Assembly (NCBI GenBank): GCA_963804995.1
Contig: CAWDSK010000006.1
Span: 288,001 to 352,000, forward strand
DNA from: an uncultured Acidobacteriota bacterium
Lineage (GTDB): Bacteria; Acidobacteriota; Terriglobia; UBA7540
Direction: 5' to 3'
Length of the DNA: 64,000 nucleotides
In this document: piece after piece, positions 32,828-42,418 of the stretch
Layout: each line of letters begins with the position of its first letter
Position numbering within the stretch: position 1 is the stretch's first letter
Translations under genes and position numbers: made by a program
Notes under the pieces: generated by a model
The model's database searches: none
What the model saw: the letters and a program-made list of their open reading frames with translations, nothing else
Told to the model about the DNA's origin: nothing

Positions 32828-34842
32828 CCTGCCTTTCGCACTTCCACCCGCTACCGGGCTGATTTTGGCAGCTTGCGGTGCACAAGGTCTTTGCCTTCAA
32901 TGGGCGCGGGTTGAAGAGTGCTTGTAGGCCCGACCTACCCTCTTTTCTGGGGCGCGAAGGTCTGGCATTCTGGGGCGTGCACCTGAAGATTCATCGACGC
33001 AAAAAGGACGGCAAGGAACATCGTTATTTCAGCATCGTCGAGAGTCGGCGCGTGTCGCGCTCGAAGGTCGTGCATCGGACGGTGCTGTATCTGGGCGAAA
33101 TCAACGACAGCCAACAATCCGCGTGGCGCAAGACGCTGGAGGTTTTTGACGAGGACCGTCGCGTCCTCGCGTCCCTGAGCCTCTTCCCGGAGGACCGCGA
33201 ACTTCCTGCGGATGCTGTGGACGGCGTACAAGTGAAGTTGAGTGAAATGCGCGTTGAGCGGCCGCGCACCTTCGGTGGCTGTTGGTTGGGCTGCGAGCTG
33301 TGGCGCCAGTTGAAGCTGGACGAGTTCTGGCAGGCGAGGTTGCCGGAAGGGCGCGAGGGAGTTCCGTGGGAGAAGGTGCTACGGCTGCTGGTGGTGAACC
33401 GGTTGATCGAGCCGGGCAGCGAATTCCGTGTGCATCGGCACTGGTTCGATCAGACCGCCATGGCCGAGTTGCTGGCAGTGAACTTCGCGGTGGCCGAGAA
33501 GGACCGGCTCTATCGTTGTCTGGATCGAATACTGGCGCACAAGGCGGAGTTGTTCCAGCACCTGCGGCTGCGGTGGCAAGACCTCTTTGCGGCGCGCTTT
33601 GATCTGCTCCTCTACGATCTCACCAGCACCTATGTGGAAGGAGAGGCGGAAGCGATTCCCAAAGCCCGCCACGGTTACAGCCGGGACGGGCGGTTCGACT
33701 GTCGGCAGGTGGTGATCGCCCTGGTGCTGACGCCGGAAGGTTTCCCGCTGGCCTACGAAGTGATGGAGGGGAATACTTCCGACCGGAACAGCTTGCGCGG
33801 TTTTCTGGACAAGATCGAGAGCGTGTACGGCAAGGCACGGCGGGTGTGGATGATGGATCGGGGAGTTCCCAGTGAAGAACTGCTGGCGGAGATGCGCACC
33901 CCGGGGCGGGAGATGTTTTACCTGGTGGGGACGCCACGGGGCAAGATCCGGCAGTACGAAGCGAAGTGGACGGAACTGCCGTGGCGGAAGGTGCGCGAGT
34001 CGGTAGAGGTGAAACTGTTCGCGGAGGAAGGCGAGTTGTATGTGCTGGCGAAGAGCGCAGGCCGCCAGGCGAAAGAGATGGCCATCCGTCGACGCAAGCT
34101 GGCACGGCTGTTGTGGAGGCTGCGGGCCTTGCGGCGCGTGTGTCCGACGCGTGATGCGTTGCTGATGAAGATCGGAGCAGCCAAGAGTGAAGCCGGACGG
34201 GCCTTCGGTTTCGTGAAGATCAGCGTGCCCAAGGCCCAGGAAGAAGTGACTCGCCAGACCTTCCAGTTCCGGCTCGAGCGCAGCAAGTTGGAGGAAGCGG
34301 AGCGGCGCGATGGACATTATCTGTTGCGCACCAATCTGACGGGGGAAAATCCCGAGGTGTTGTGGGACCGCTACATGCAACTGGCGCAGATCGAAGCGGC
34401 CTTTAAGTGTTTGAAGAGTGAGCTGGGAATTCGGCCGATTTATCATCAAATAGAACATCGCGTCGAGGCCCACATCCTCATTGCCTTTCTGGCGTACGGC
34501 TTGTGGGTGACGCTGAAACAGCGTCTGCAGGCCCACGCTCCGGGCCTGACGCCGAAAGCGGTGCTGGAGAAGCTGGCGGGCATGCAGATGCTCGATGTGT
34601 CTTTCCCGACCACGGATGGGCGCCGATTAGTGATGCCCCGCTACACCGAGCCGACACCCGAACAAAAGCTCCTGTTGCACGAACTGCAGCTCGTGCTCCC
34701 CACTCAGCCACCGCCCAGGATCACGGTCCAGCCGGAAATCTTTCCTGCTGGAATGCTGCGTTTGTAGGCCAGACCTTGGCAATGCCTGTACTGAAAAGAA
34801 GCGAGTTAACCCAACTCAACACCCTGAAGTGCGAAAGTTCGG
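32828..34842 (+). mobile_element. IS1634-family insertion sequence, apparently intact
   Basis: IRs CCTGCCTTTCGCACTT / CCGAACTTTCGCACTT; CTAG (GCTAGC) on both flanks. Confidence 0.92.
32977..34767 (+). CDS. IS1634-family DDE transposase
   Basis: YDLTSTYVEG, GYSRD, MDRG, IEAAFKCLKSELGIRPIYHQ. Confidence 0.95.
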   Translation: MHLKIHRRKKDGKEHRYFSIVESRRVSRSKVVHRTVLYLGEINDSQQSAWRKTLEVFDEDRRVLASLSLFPEDRELPADAVDGVQVKLSEMRVERPRTFGGCWLGCELWRQLKLDEFWQARLPEGREGVPWEKVLRLLVVNRLIEPGSEFRVHRHWFDQTAMAELLAVNFAVAEKDRLYRCLDRILAHKAELFQHLRLRWQDLFAARFDLLLYDLTSTYVEGEAEAIPKARHGYSRDGRFDCRQVVIALVLTPEGFPLAYEVMEGNTSDRNSLRGFLDKIESVYGKARRVWMMDRGVPSEELLAEMRTPGREMFYLVGTPRGKIRQYEAKWTELPWRKVRESVEVKLFAEEGELYVLAKSAGRQAKEMAIRRRKLARLLWRLRALRRVCPTRDALLMKIGAAKSEAGRAFGFVKISVPKAQEEVTRQTFQFRLERSKLEEAERRDGHYLLRTNLTGENPEVLWDRYMQLAQIEAAFKCLKSELGIRPIYHQIEHRVEAHILIAFLAYGLWVTLKQRLQAHAPGLTPKAVLEKLAGMQMLDVSFPTTDGRRLVMPRYTEPTPEQKLLLHELQLVLPTQPPPRITVQPEIFPAGMLRL

Positions 34843-34996
34843 CTAGCGGGTCAGCTTCAGGTAAGACTTTTCAGGCTGAATCCTGAACTGGGATTGCAAC
34901 TGTAACGCTAGCGGGGACATGGACCGAATCGAGCTGAAGCGGCGGGGTGTTGCCGAACGCAGACATCACCAAAGCGTGTTTCCGCCCCTTGGGGAA

Positions 34997-35737
34997 TCAG
35001 GAGTTTTCGGGTATCCCGATTTCGTATCCCCAAACGGGGTAGGTTATGCATCGCGATGGTTTGTCCGGATCGTAGAGAACCGTCAGAACTCCCCCCGTCG
35101 CGTTGCTTCGGGACACACTCGTGAGATCCGTTTCTACCAGGTTTCCTGCGGCGTCCCGATATTGAAGAGTCCAAATCGTGCCACCCTTATCACCACCTCT
35201 ACATCCGGTGACCACTGCGCAGGCTGGCTTACCCCACCTGAGTAACTTCTGTTGCAACCTCCGCCTGGAGTAACCAACCAAAACGATTAGCCCGGCGACG
35301 CCCCAAAAGATTACGCTTGGCCAAAGCATCCACCCTTGCCAATAGGGAGCATGCAAGTAATTAAGGAACGCGTGAAAAACCACGGGGGGAGAGTTTGGCC
35401 GCCCCCCGTGCAAAAAAACGAACCCAGGTACATATATGAGGTACATCATGATCATAAGCAAGAGAACCATCCGAAGGCTGCGCAACAGGCGAATGCCGAG
35501 GTGCGTCCTCCTGACTGGCCGAGGCGTGGGAAGATTGAGTTCCGGCCGGAGGCTCCATCCCTCCTCCGCCTTGCGCTGCTCAGCTTCACGCTGATGCGCG
35601 ACCTCATCGGGACTGAGTACCCTTATGCTGCCGCGCCGTTTGGCACGACGTACCAGAAGCCAGATGATTAAACCCGGTACACCGATGAATACCACCGCGA
35701 TTAAGAAGTCGAGCTCAATCGTCAGGCTTATGGGCAT
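34997..35737 (-). CDS. Membrane protein with DUF3592-like C-terminal domain, paralog 1
   Basis: Three hydrophobic segments; LLRWGKPA.AVVT..VLTVLYDPDKP. Confidence 0.65.
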   Translation of the reverse strand: MPISLTIELDFLIAVVFIGVPGLIIWLLVRRAKRRGSIRVLSPDEVAHQREAEQRKAEEGWSLRPELNLPTPRPVRRTHLGIRLLRSLRMVLLLMIMMYLIYVPGFVFLHGGRPNSPPVVFHAFLNYLHAPYWQGWMLWPSVIFWGVAGLIVLVGYSRRRLQQKLLRWGKPACAVVTGCRGGDKGGTIWTLQYRDAAGNLVETDLTSVSRSNATGGVLTVLYDPDKPSRCITYPVWGYEIGIPENS

Positions 35738-36081
35738 GGATTTTTCTCCAATCCGCTCGAGTCGAAGCGCACAGCGGCCCCCTCACTTGGCTCCCGGCTT
35801 GGGCGAGGATTCCAGTTATGGCGCATTGTGCCGGGTGTACCTTCGAAGTTGGAATTTTTGCCCCTTCAGGCGGTTCCTAGTGTGTGTCCGCTTGTCTCCC
35901 AGCGAAACCCTCAGTTTTCTGTTTCGCGCATGGATTGTCCCCGTGGCTTCTAAATGCCGTTCCAGGGGTCTTGAAACCACCCTCTCATAGCTCGGCTCCT
36001 CCCGGGCTGCAAGGATGGCTTGTATGCCTGGGAGCGGGTAGTGGATAGCTACGGCAGTGCAGTCATGACCATGGGCTTTTT

Positions 36082-36255
36082 TCATGCCCGATACCCCAGC
36101 GGCAGCCGCACGTAGTCAATCTGGATGGGGCACGCCGTCACCGTTGCCATGCGCAAAGTGAAATTGTGGTAACCCGACCACTGCCCATTTTCGGGTTGCT
36201 TCACCCGGCCTTTCAGCACAGGATTCATATGAAGCCATTCCATGTATGCCCTCAA
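36082..36255 (-). pseudogene. REP-associated tyrosine transposase (RAYT)-like C-terminal remnant
   Basis: WLHMNPVLKGRVKQPENGQWSGY resembles the YIHxNPVxxGLVxxPExWxWSSY motif. Confidence 0.6.
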
Positions 36256-36269
36256 CATCAAGGGGAAAA

Positions 36270-37031
36270 CTAAAACAGCCAGCCGAGCTTCGCCAGAAAG
36301 ACTACCAGAATCACACTGGAGACCGCGGCGCCAAGGAACATCTGTCCCAGGGCGCGCCTCCGTAAGGTGGACTCCTCCTCCTTCCCGGTCTTCGAGGTGA
36401 TGATGAATGTCGGCTCGTTTTGCCCCTTGGTGATGAAGTTGCGATCATACTCCTCTTTCGGAGAGGGGTTTTGCGTGCAGGTCCCGACGATGTCATACCA
36501 ATGGCCGGGAAGAATCAGGTACTCTGTGAGCCGGAAATAGCCTAAAGGAAGGCCTCCCGCGCCGAGCATGAGCGGCAGCTCGCCCGGGTGCGGCGCGTGG
36601 ACGCTCCCGATATAGGCCAGTAGGCTTGTGGCCGGTTCGGAGCCTGTGGAAGAGAAGCGTTTGCCTAATTCCCGCTGCGCACTTTGCACCAAGTCGTACT
36701 CGGCGTTGTGGGCGTCCACCGGCGCTTTGCCGGTGTCATCATCCAAATAGAACAGTGGGCCGTCGGCATCCGTGGCGTAGTGTCGCCAGCTTCTGTCATT
36801 CATTGTTTCGATGTCCACCCAGTAGAAATAACAGGGCGTTTTCGAGACCGGCCCGTTCACGAGCTGGTCGCCCGAGGCTTTGCCGTGGATTCGCACCAAG
36901 CCCATGGGGAGGCTACGGATGGGGATGGTGGGAGTGTCTTTGAGGATTTCGATTTTTCGGAAGATTTTGAGTCCCAAGAAAAACGTATAGAGGCCCACGC
37001 AAAAGAAGAAGAAAAGAAGAAGGACTACCAT
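36270..37031 (-). CDS. GIDE-domain-like membrane protein
   Basis: N- and C-terminal TMs; DTPTIPIRSLPMGLVRIHG, FYLDDDTG. Confidence 0.7.
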   Translation of the reverse strand: MVVLLLFFFFCVGLYTFFLGLKIFRKIEILKDTPTIPIRSLPMGLVRIHGKASGDQLVNGPVSKTPCYFYWVDIETMNDRSWRHYATDADGPLFYLDDDTGKAPVDAHNAEYDLVQSAQRELGKRFSSTGSEPATSLLAYIGSVHAPHPGELPLMLGAGGLPLGYFRLTEYLILPGHWYDIVGTCTQNPSPKEEYDRNFITKGQNEPTFIITSKTGKEEESTLRRRALGQMFLGAAVSSVILVVFLAKLGWLF

Positions 37032-37118
37032 TCGCCACCCCTCACGCTACCGAGGTGACGATTGTAACACTCTTCAGGTGGCGAGGCTGGGCCACCCTCA
37101 GGATCTCCCGCCGGGGGG

Positions 37119-39204
37119 TTATCGGGCATCGTCCAAGGTCCAGCGAGGCACTTTCGTGCCGTTGAACCCGAGCATATCTTTACCGGTGAGAAGATAAGTT
37201 GCATAGGCGACTTCGTTACGAGTCGGGACCTGGCCGGTGTTGGCGTTGTGACAGAACATATACTTGAAGGCGTTGCCCAAGTCCCCGCCGCCCCACACTT
37301 CGTTGTAACACTTGGCGACATTGTCGGCTCCAATGCGCCGGTCGTGACTCCAGCGTTCCGCGAACAGCAGCCCCCAGATCTGGCCGGGATTCATCTGGAG
37401 TGCTCCCGCCCAACCGGCCTTGCTGTAATCAACTTCGGTCCGTCCCAGCCGTAGGCGCGAAGATTCTGGATGAGGTCCGAGGTGTCTCTGGCCGGACCGG
37501 AAAAGAGTCCGACGGCGCCATCCAGAACCTTGTCCTCTTTGTAAATCATCGTCCGCGTCTTAGCCACGCGAAACATGTTGTAGTAAGACTCCTCGGTGGA
37601 ATGCGTGGGCCGGGAAAGCGATTCCAGCAGGTACTTGGGGAGAGCGAGGGCCAGGTTGGGCGCGACCTCGTAGTTCCAGCCGAAAAATGCGCGAGCTTGC
37701 AGGGCCTGGGCAAGAGCGGGGCTCTCGGCAGAATCGCAGTCATTCATCAACGCCAGGCTGCGGTGCAAGTTGAGCCCTCGCTTCTGCACCATCCAGTTCC
37801 AAAAATCCGGGGCGACAGCAATATAGCCTCGCACGATCTGAGGGTTGCCGTTGACGTTGACCACGATGAGATGGAGGGTTTGGGATTTCGTGGCTGACCC
37901 CGAAGGCGGAGAATTATAGGTGATCAGATCACTGAGACCGCCGCTCTTCAGTTGATTCAGATAGCCGTCGTACCATGAGCTCAAGACCGTATGGACAAGT
38001 CGGCTGCCCGGAATGGCTGCCGAATGCTCGTAGGTGAGCAAGTCATCGACCGGAACTCCGTGTCCTTCCCAGTCGAAAATTCCGGGATTTTGCAGGCTCG
38101 AGAGTTTGGTGACGATGCCTTGAACAGTGGCTTGCTGGTTCACCAAGGTCGTAATGCTGCTGAAGTTCTCTTTGGAAAGATAATCTTCCTCAGCGCGGAT
38201 ATCGTCAAGGGTGTTGACGTAACCCGTCTGCGCCGCGGGATCCTGATAGCCGTCGGTGGTTGAGCCCGCCGGTGGCATGGTGAAGGGAGCAATAATCAGG
38301 GCCGTCTTGGAGGGAGGATCGCTCGACGGATCGCCCGGGCTTTGGGGATCCAGATGGACGCACGGGTCATTGGTAAGGGTGGCGGTGTGGAGGGCCGGAT
38401 CGGTACCCACAGGATCTACATACCCCAGATAAATCCACTCGTCGGGGCCCTGGCAATACTGAATGCGAATCACCCCTCCCGCTTCGGCGTCGACTTGTTT
38501 GACCTCGTTGGGGTCGCCGCTTTGGCAGGGAGCACTCGCCTCGGCAACCGGAAAGACCGCCGCGTAAAGCTGGGAAGCCCGACCCAGAAGATTCCAGCCG
38601 CCCTTGGCCCCGAAGCCTCTACCTGCACCCGGGACTGGGCATACGCGAGGGCGCGCTTGACGGCTTCCGTCGCCGATATTCCCAGAGCATCATCAGCGCG
38701 GGCGGCTCGATAAACGGCAAAGATACCGCTTTCAAGAGGAAACGAACTCTTCTGCCAATAGGACTGGCCCGGCCCGCTGGAAAGAACTTGGAAAGGCATC
38801 GTGACTTGCTCGTCGGTAAGGCGTAGCGCGAAGCGGGCATCGACTTTAAAATCCGCGGCACCAAAAGTCAGCGACATTTCACCGTTGGCATACGACCACC
38901 GCCCGTGGTAAGCGAGCGCGTGTTTGGCGCTCATCGCGTAAAGATACGCTTCGTCGCCCGGATTGAACCCCAACAAAATTGTCGAAGTCGGATCGGGATG
39001 AGTTCCACTGGAATCACGGACGAATTGATAGGCCACCTGGATCGGTGAAGTTGTGCTGGCCGCGTAGGTTTGCAGAGCGCCGACTAGGCTCGCCAGCAGA
39101 GCCATGAACAAGATTTGCCCGGCGCGCCGTGCCGTCTTACCAGACATGCGCCCTCCGGTTTGATCACCCGTGTCGAACGGGGGTCCTGATTTGTGAGCTT
39201 TCAC
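37119..39204 (-). CDS. Large exported protein, probably one frameshifted gene
   Basis: Signal-peptide-like N-terminus; three overlapping ORFs; second frame is open upstream of its GTG; EGHG..NDC motifs. Confidence 0.55.
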
Positions 39205-39228
39205 GCCACCCTCCCATGGTTCGGGGAA

Positions 39229-40047
39229 TCAGGAGTTTTCGCGTATCCCGATCTCATATCCAGCAACGGGGTAGGTTGTGAATCGCGATGGCTTGTCCGG
39301 ATCGTAGAGAACCGTCAGAACTTGGTTTTGAGACAATTTGCGGTCCACATACCCTCTTACGAGGTTGCTGGCGTCGTCCTGATATTCGAGCTTGGATCTT
39401 GTACTGCCGGAAGATTTCGGGCCCCCCGGGCTATGCAAAACGTCGGTGACCACTGCGCGGGCTGGCTTACCCCACCGGAGTAACTTCTGTTCCTTCCGCC
39501 GCCGGAAGTGTCCAGGCAAGGCGCTCAACCCGGTGAGCCCCCAAAAGATTACGCTAGGCCAAAGCATCCACCGTTGCCACTGGGGAACTTGCAAGAAAGC
39601 TTGCAACATATCGAGGAACGCATCAAAAATATAAGAGGGGACACTCTGATCCCTCGCCACCGGCGTCACGTGCGTCGAAAGAAACCCGATGGTATAGATA
39701 AAGCTCGCAAGAACTATAAGGAACAAAATGCGCGGAAGGCTCCGCAACAGGCGAGCACCCAGCGGTGCGCCCCTCACGTGCCGAGGCGTGGGAAGACTGA
39801 GTTCCGGGGGGAGGCTCCATTCCTCCGCGGCCTTGCGCACCCGCTCAGCGGCCAACTGCTCTTCGGCCTTGGTGAACTCCACAATGGGCAGACCGGACTT
39901 CAGCCACCGCCGCCTTGCTTGCAACAAACGCCGGAGGGCTAACCCCCCTGCGCCGAGGAATGCCGCCAAGAAAAAGACGACCATCAGGATCACGGATCCA
40001 GGAACGTTCGCCAGTCCGCTCCAGTGAAAGCTCATTGCGCCTCCCAC
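39229..40047 (-). CDS. Membrane protein with DUF3592-like domain, paralog 2
   Basis: Shares WMLWPSVIFWG, QKLLRWGKPA and VLTVLYDPDKPSR with 34997-35737. Confidence 0.65.
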   Translation of the reverse strand: MGGAMSFHWSGLANVPGSVILMVVFFLAAFLGAGGLALRRLLQARRRWLKSGLPIVEFTKAEEQLAAERVRKAAEEWSLPPELSLPTPRHVRGAPLGARLLRSLPRILFLIVLASFIYTIGFLSTHVTPVARDQSVPSYIFDAFLDMLQAFLQVPQWQRWMLWPSVIFWGLTGLSALPGHFRRRKEQKLLRWGKPARAVVTDVLHSPGGPKSSGSTRSKLEYQDDASNLVRGYVDRKLSQNQVLTVLYDPDKPSRFTTYPVAGYEIGIRENS

Positions 40048-40363
40048 AGCTTGGACACCAACCTGTGCGACAATTCCAGTTATTGCGTATCGTGCTGAGC
40101 GTGCCTTGAAAGTTGGAGTTGTTGACCCTTAACGCGGTTCCTAGTGTATATCCGTTTGTCTCCCGGCGAAACCCTCTGTTCTCTGCTTCGCGCCTGGATT
40201 GTCCCTATGGCTTCCAACCGCCGTCCCGAGGGTCCTGAAAACACGCTACCACAGCTTGGTTTCGGCCGGGCTCTGAAGATGACTTGTATGCCTGGGGGTG
40301 CGGATAGCTAGGAGAATGTGGAGAGCGGGTAGCCACGCAACGCCGTCCTGACCGTGGACTTTC

Positions 40364-40490
40364 TCATACCCGTTACCGTTGCGGCAACCGCACGTAGCCA
40401 ACCTGAGTTGGGCCACGCCACCGTCGCCTTCTCCCAACCGAAAAGGTTGTCATTCGACCACTGCCCATTTTCCGGCTGCTTGACCGATTT
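40364..40490 (-). pseudogene. Second, more decayed RAYT-like remnant
   Basis: VKQPENGQWS; shares GACCACTGCCCATTT with about 36180. Confidence 0.5.
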
Positions 40491-40640
40491 GGAACGCCCA
40501 TTTTGGAAATTGGCCAAACTGAACCACCACCCTACCCATTCAGGGCTTGGACGCAGGAAGCAATGAGCGTACAATTTCCCTGGTCATTCAAATCCTAGCG
40601 TGTGAGACAATTTCAAATTGCCGAGGTGAGGAGCCTCCCC

Positions 40641-42203
40641 ATGCCAGACCGTCACTCCTTTGGTGAGATTCATCTCGACGTGACCGCAGGCTGTGAGCGG
40701 GTCGAAGCAAAGCCTGGGTCGGAAACCCCCTTCCGAGTCGCCATTCTAGGAGATTTCAGTGGTCGTGGAAATCGCCAGCTCATCGAAATCGGTGAGGCTC
40801 TGGCGAATCGACGGCCCACGGTGATTGACCGTGACAATTACGATTCCGTTTTGGCGAAGATGGCGCCCCATTTGGAACTCCTCATGGGTGGAAATGATGG
40901 CTATCCCATTACCCTGAAGTTCAGTGATTTGGAGGAGTTTCATCCCGACAGTCTCTTCCGGCAGGTGCAATTGTTTCAGAAGCTGCGTGACACCCGTGAA
41001 AAACTCAGCGACCCGGAGACTTTCGCTGAGACCGCGCGCGAACTCGGCATAAGAGGAACCCCGCCACGGGTAGCTACGCCTGCCCCGGTGGTGCCTCCCA
41101 GGGATTCGAGTGCAGATATACAGCAAGCCGTCTCCGGAAACCTCCTGGACCAAATGCTGGAGGAGACGGAAAAGAAAGCGGACCACCCGCATCCTTCCCG
41201 CGTCCCCGACCCATGGACCGCCCTAGTCCGCAGAATTATTGCTCCGCACATTATCCCCAAGGCTGATCCCCGGCAGGCTGAGGCGCTGGGGTTGCTCGAC
41301 CTGGCGACGAGCGCACAAATGAGTGCCCTTCTTCACCTGCCCGCCTTCCAGGCTATGGAGTCCGCATGGCGCGCCGTCTTCTTCCTGGTTCGTAACCTGG
41401 AAACAAGTTCCCGGCTCAAAGTGCTGTTGATCGATGTGAGCAAGGAGGAACTGGGTCGCGATCTCGCTTCCTCACCGGACCTCAGTTCCACGGGGACTTA
41501 CAGGCTGCTGGTGGAGAAGACGGTAGGGACTCCCGGTGCTGACCCCTGGGCCATTCTGGCTGGGAACTACACCTTCGACTCTGAAGATGTTGAACTGCTC
41601 GGGCGCATGGCGAAGGTGGCCGCAGCGGCGGGCGCTCCGTTTATCGCCGGTGCAAGCCCTGGTCTACTAGGTTGTGATTCTGTTACCGACTTGCCCGATC
41701 GGCGCAAATGGACGAAGCAGCCCGCCCCGGAGACCGTTGCTGCCTGGACAGCGTTGAGGGGTCTGCCGGAAGCACGTTATCTTGGATTGACCTTGCCCCG
41801 CTTTCTGATTCGCTTGCCTTACGGAAAGGAAACTGAATCCACCGAACTTTTTGATTTCGAGGAAATCCCTGATCCCGCCGCCCATGACGATTATCTGTGG
41901 GCCAATCCGGCCTTTGCAGCGGTTTTGCTGCTGGCCCAGACCTTCACTGCGCAGGGGTGGGAACTCCGTCCTGGAACTCTCTCGGATATCTCGGGCCTGC
42001 CTATTCACATTTACACCCTGGAAGGTGAGTCAAGAACCAAGCCGTGTGCGGAAGTTCTGATGACCCAGACGGCGGCCGAGGAGATGCTGGAGAAAGGGTT
42101 CATGCCCTTGGCTTCTTTAAAGGACCAGCCGGTCATTCGCTTGGTCCGCTTCCAAGCACTCGCCGACCCACCCAGTGCGCTCGCGGGACGATGGAGCCTC
42201 TAG
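40641..42203 (+). CDS. T6SS contractile-sheath-like protein, TssB-like N-terminus fused to TssC-like domain
   Basis: PFRVAILGDFSG, IDRDNYD, FHPDSL, then LLHLPAFQAMESAWR, LPRFLIRLPYG, YLWAN. Confidence 0.85.
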   Translation: MPDRHSFGEIHLDVTAGCERVEAKPGSETPFRVAILGDFSGRGNRQLIEIGEALANRRPTVIDRDNYDSVLAKMAPHLELLMGGNDGYPITLKFSDLEEFHPDSLFRQVQLFQKLRDTREKLSDPETFAETARELGIRGTPPRVATPAPVVPPRDSSADIQQAVSGNLLDQMLEETEKKADHPHPSRVPDPWTALVRRIIAPHIIPKADPRQAEALGLLDLATSAQMSALLHLPAFQAMESAWRAVFFLVRNLETSSRLKVLLIDVSKEELGRDLASSPDLSSTGTYRLLVEKTVGTPGADPWAILAGNYTFDSEDVELLGRMAKVAAAAGAPFIAGASPGLLGCDSVTDLPDRRKWTKQPAPETVAAWTALRGLPEARYLGLTLPRFLIRLPYGKETESTELFDFEEIPDPAAHDDYLWANPAFAAVLLLAQTFTAQGWELRPGTLSDISGLPIHIYTLEGESRTKPCAEVLMTQTAAEEMLEKGFMPLASLKDQPVIRLVRFQALADPPSALAGRWSL

Positions 42204-42282
42204 GGTAGTAGGCAGTTGGCAGCAATTATATTTTGCGAGTCGCGGCGGGAAGGTGGATTAGCGGCGGCGGGTCGCAGGCGCC

Positions 42283-42418
42283 TTGGAGTGCGGTCGCAGC
42301 AGCTACCGCCTTTCGGGATGGCGTGTAAAATCGTCTCTCGATTCCAGGACCACGTCGCAATCCCATCGGGCACGGGTGCGAAGCTTTGGAGTGCGGCAGC
42401 TTGCTGGCGCTACCGCCG
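42283..42418. repeat. Two REP-like palindromic units between convergent genes
   Basis: TTGGAGTGCGG..CTACCGCC occurs twice. Confidence 0.55.
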
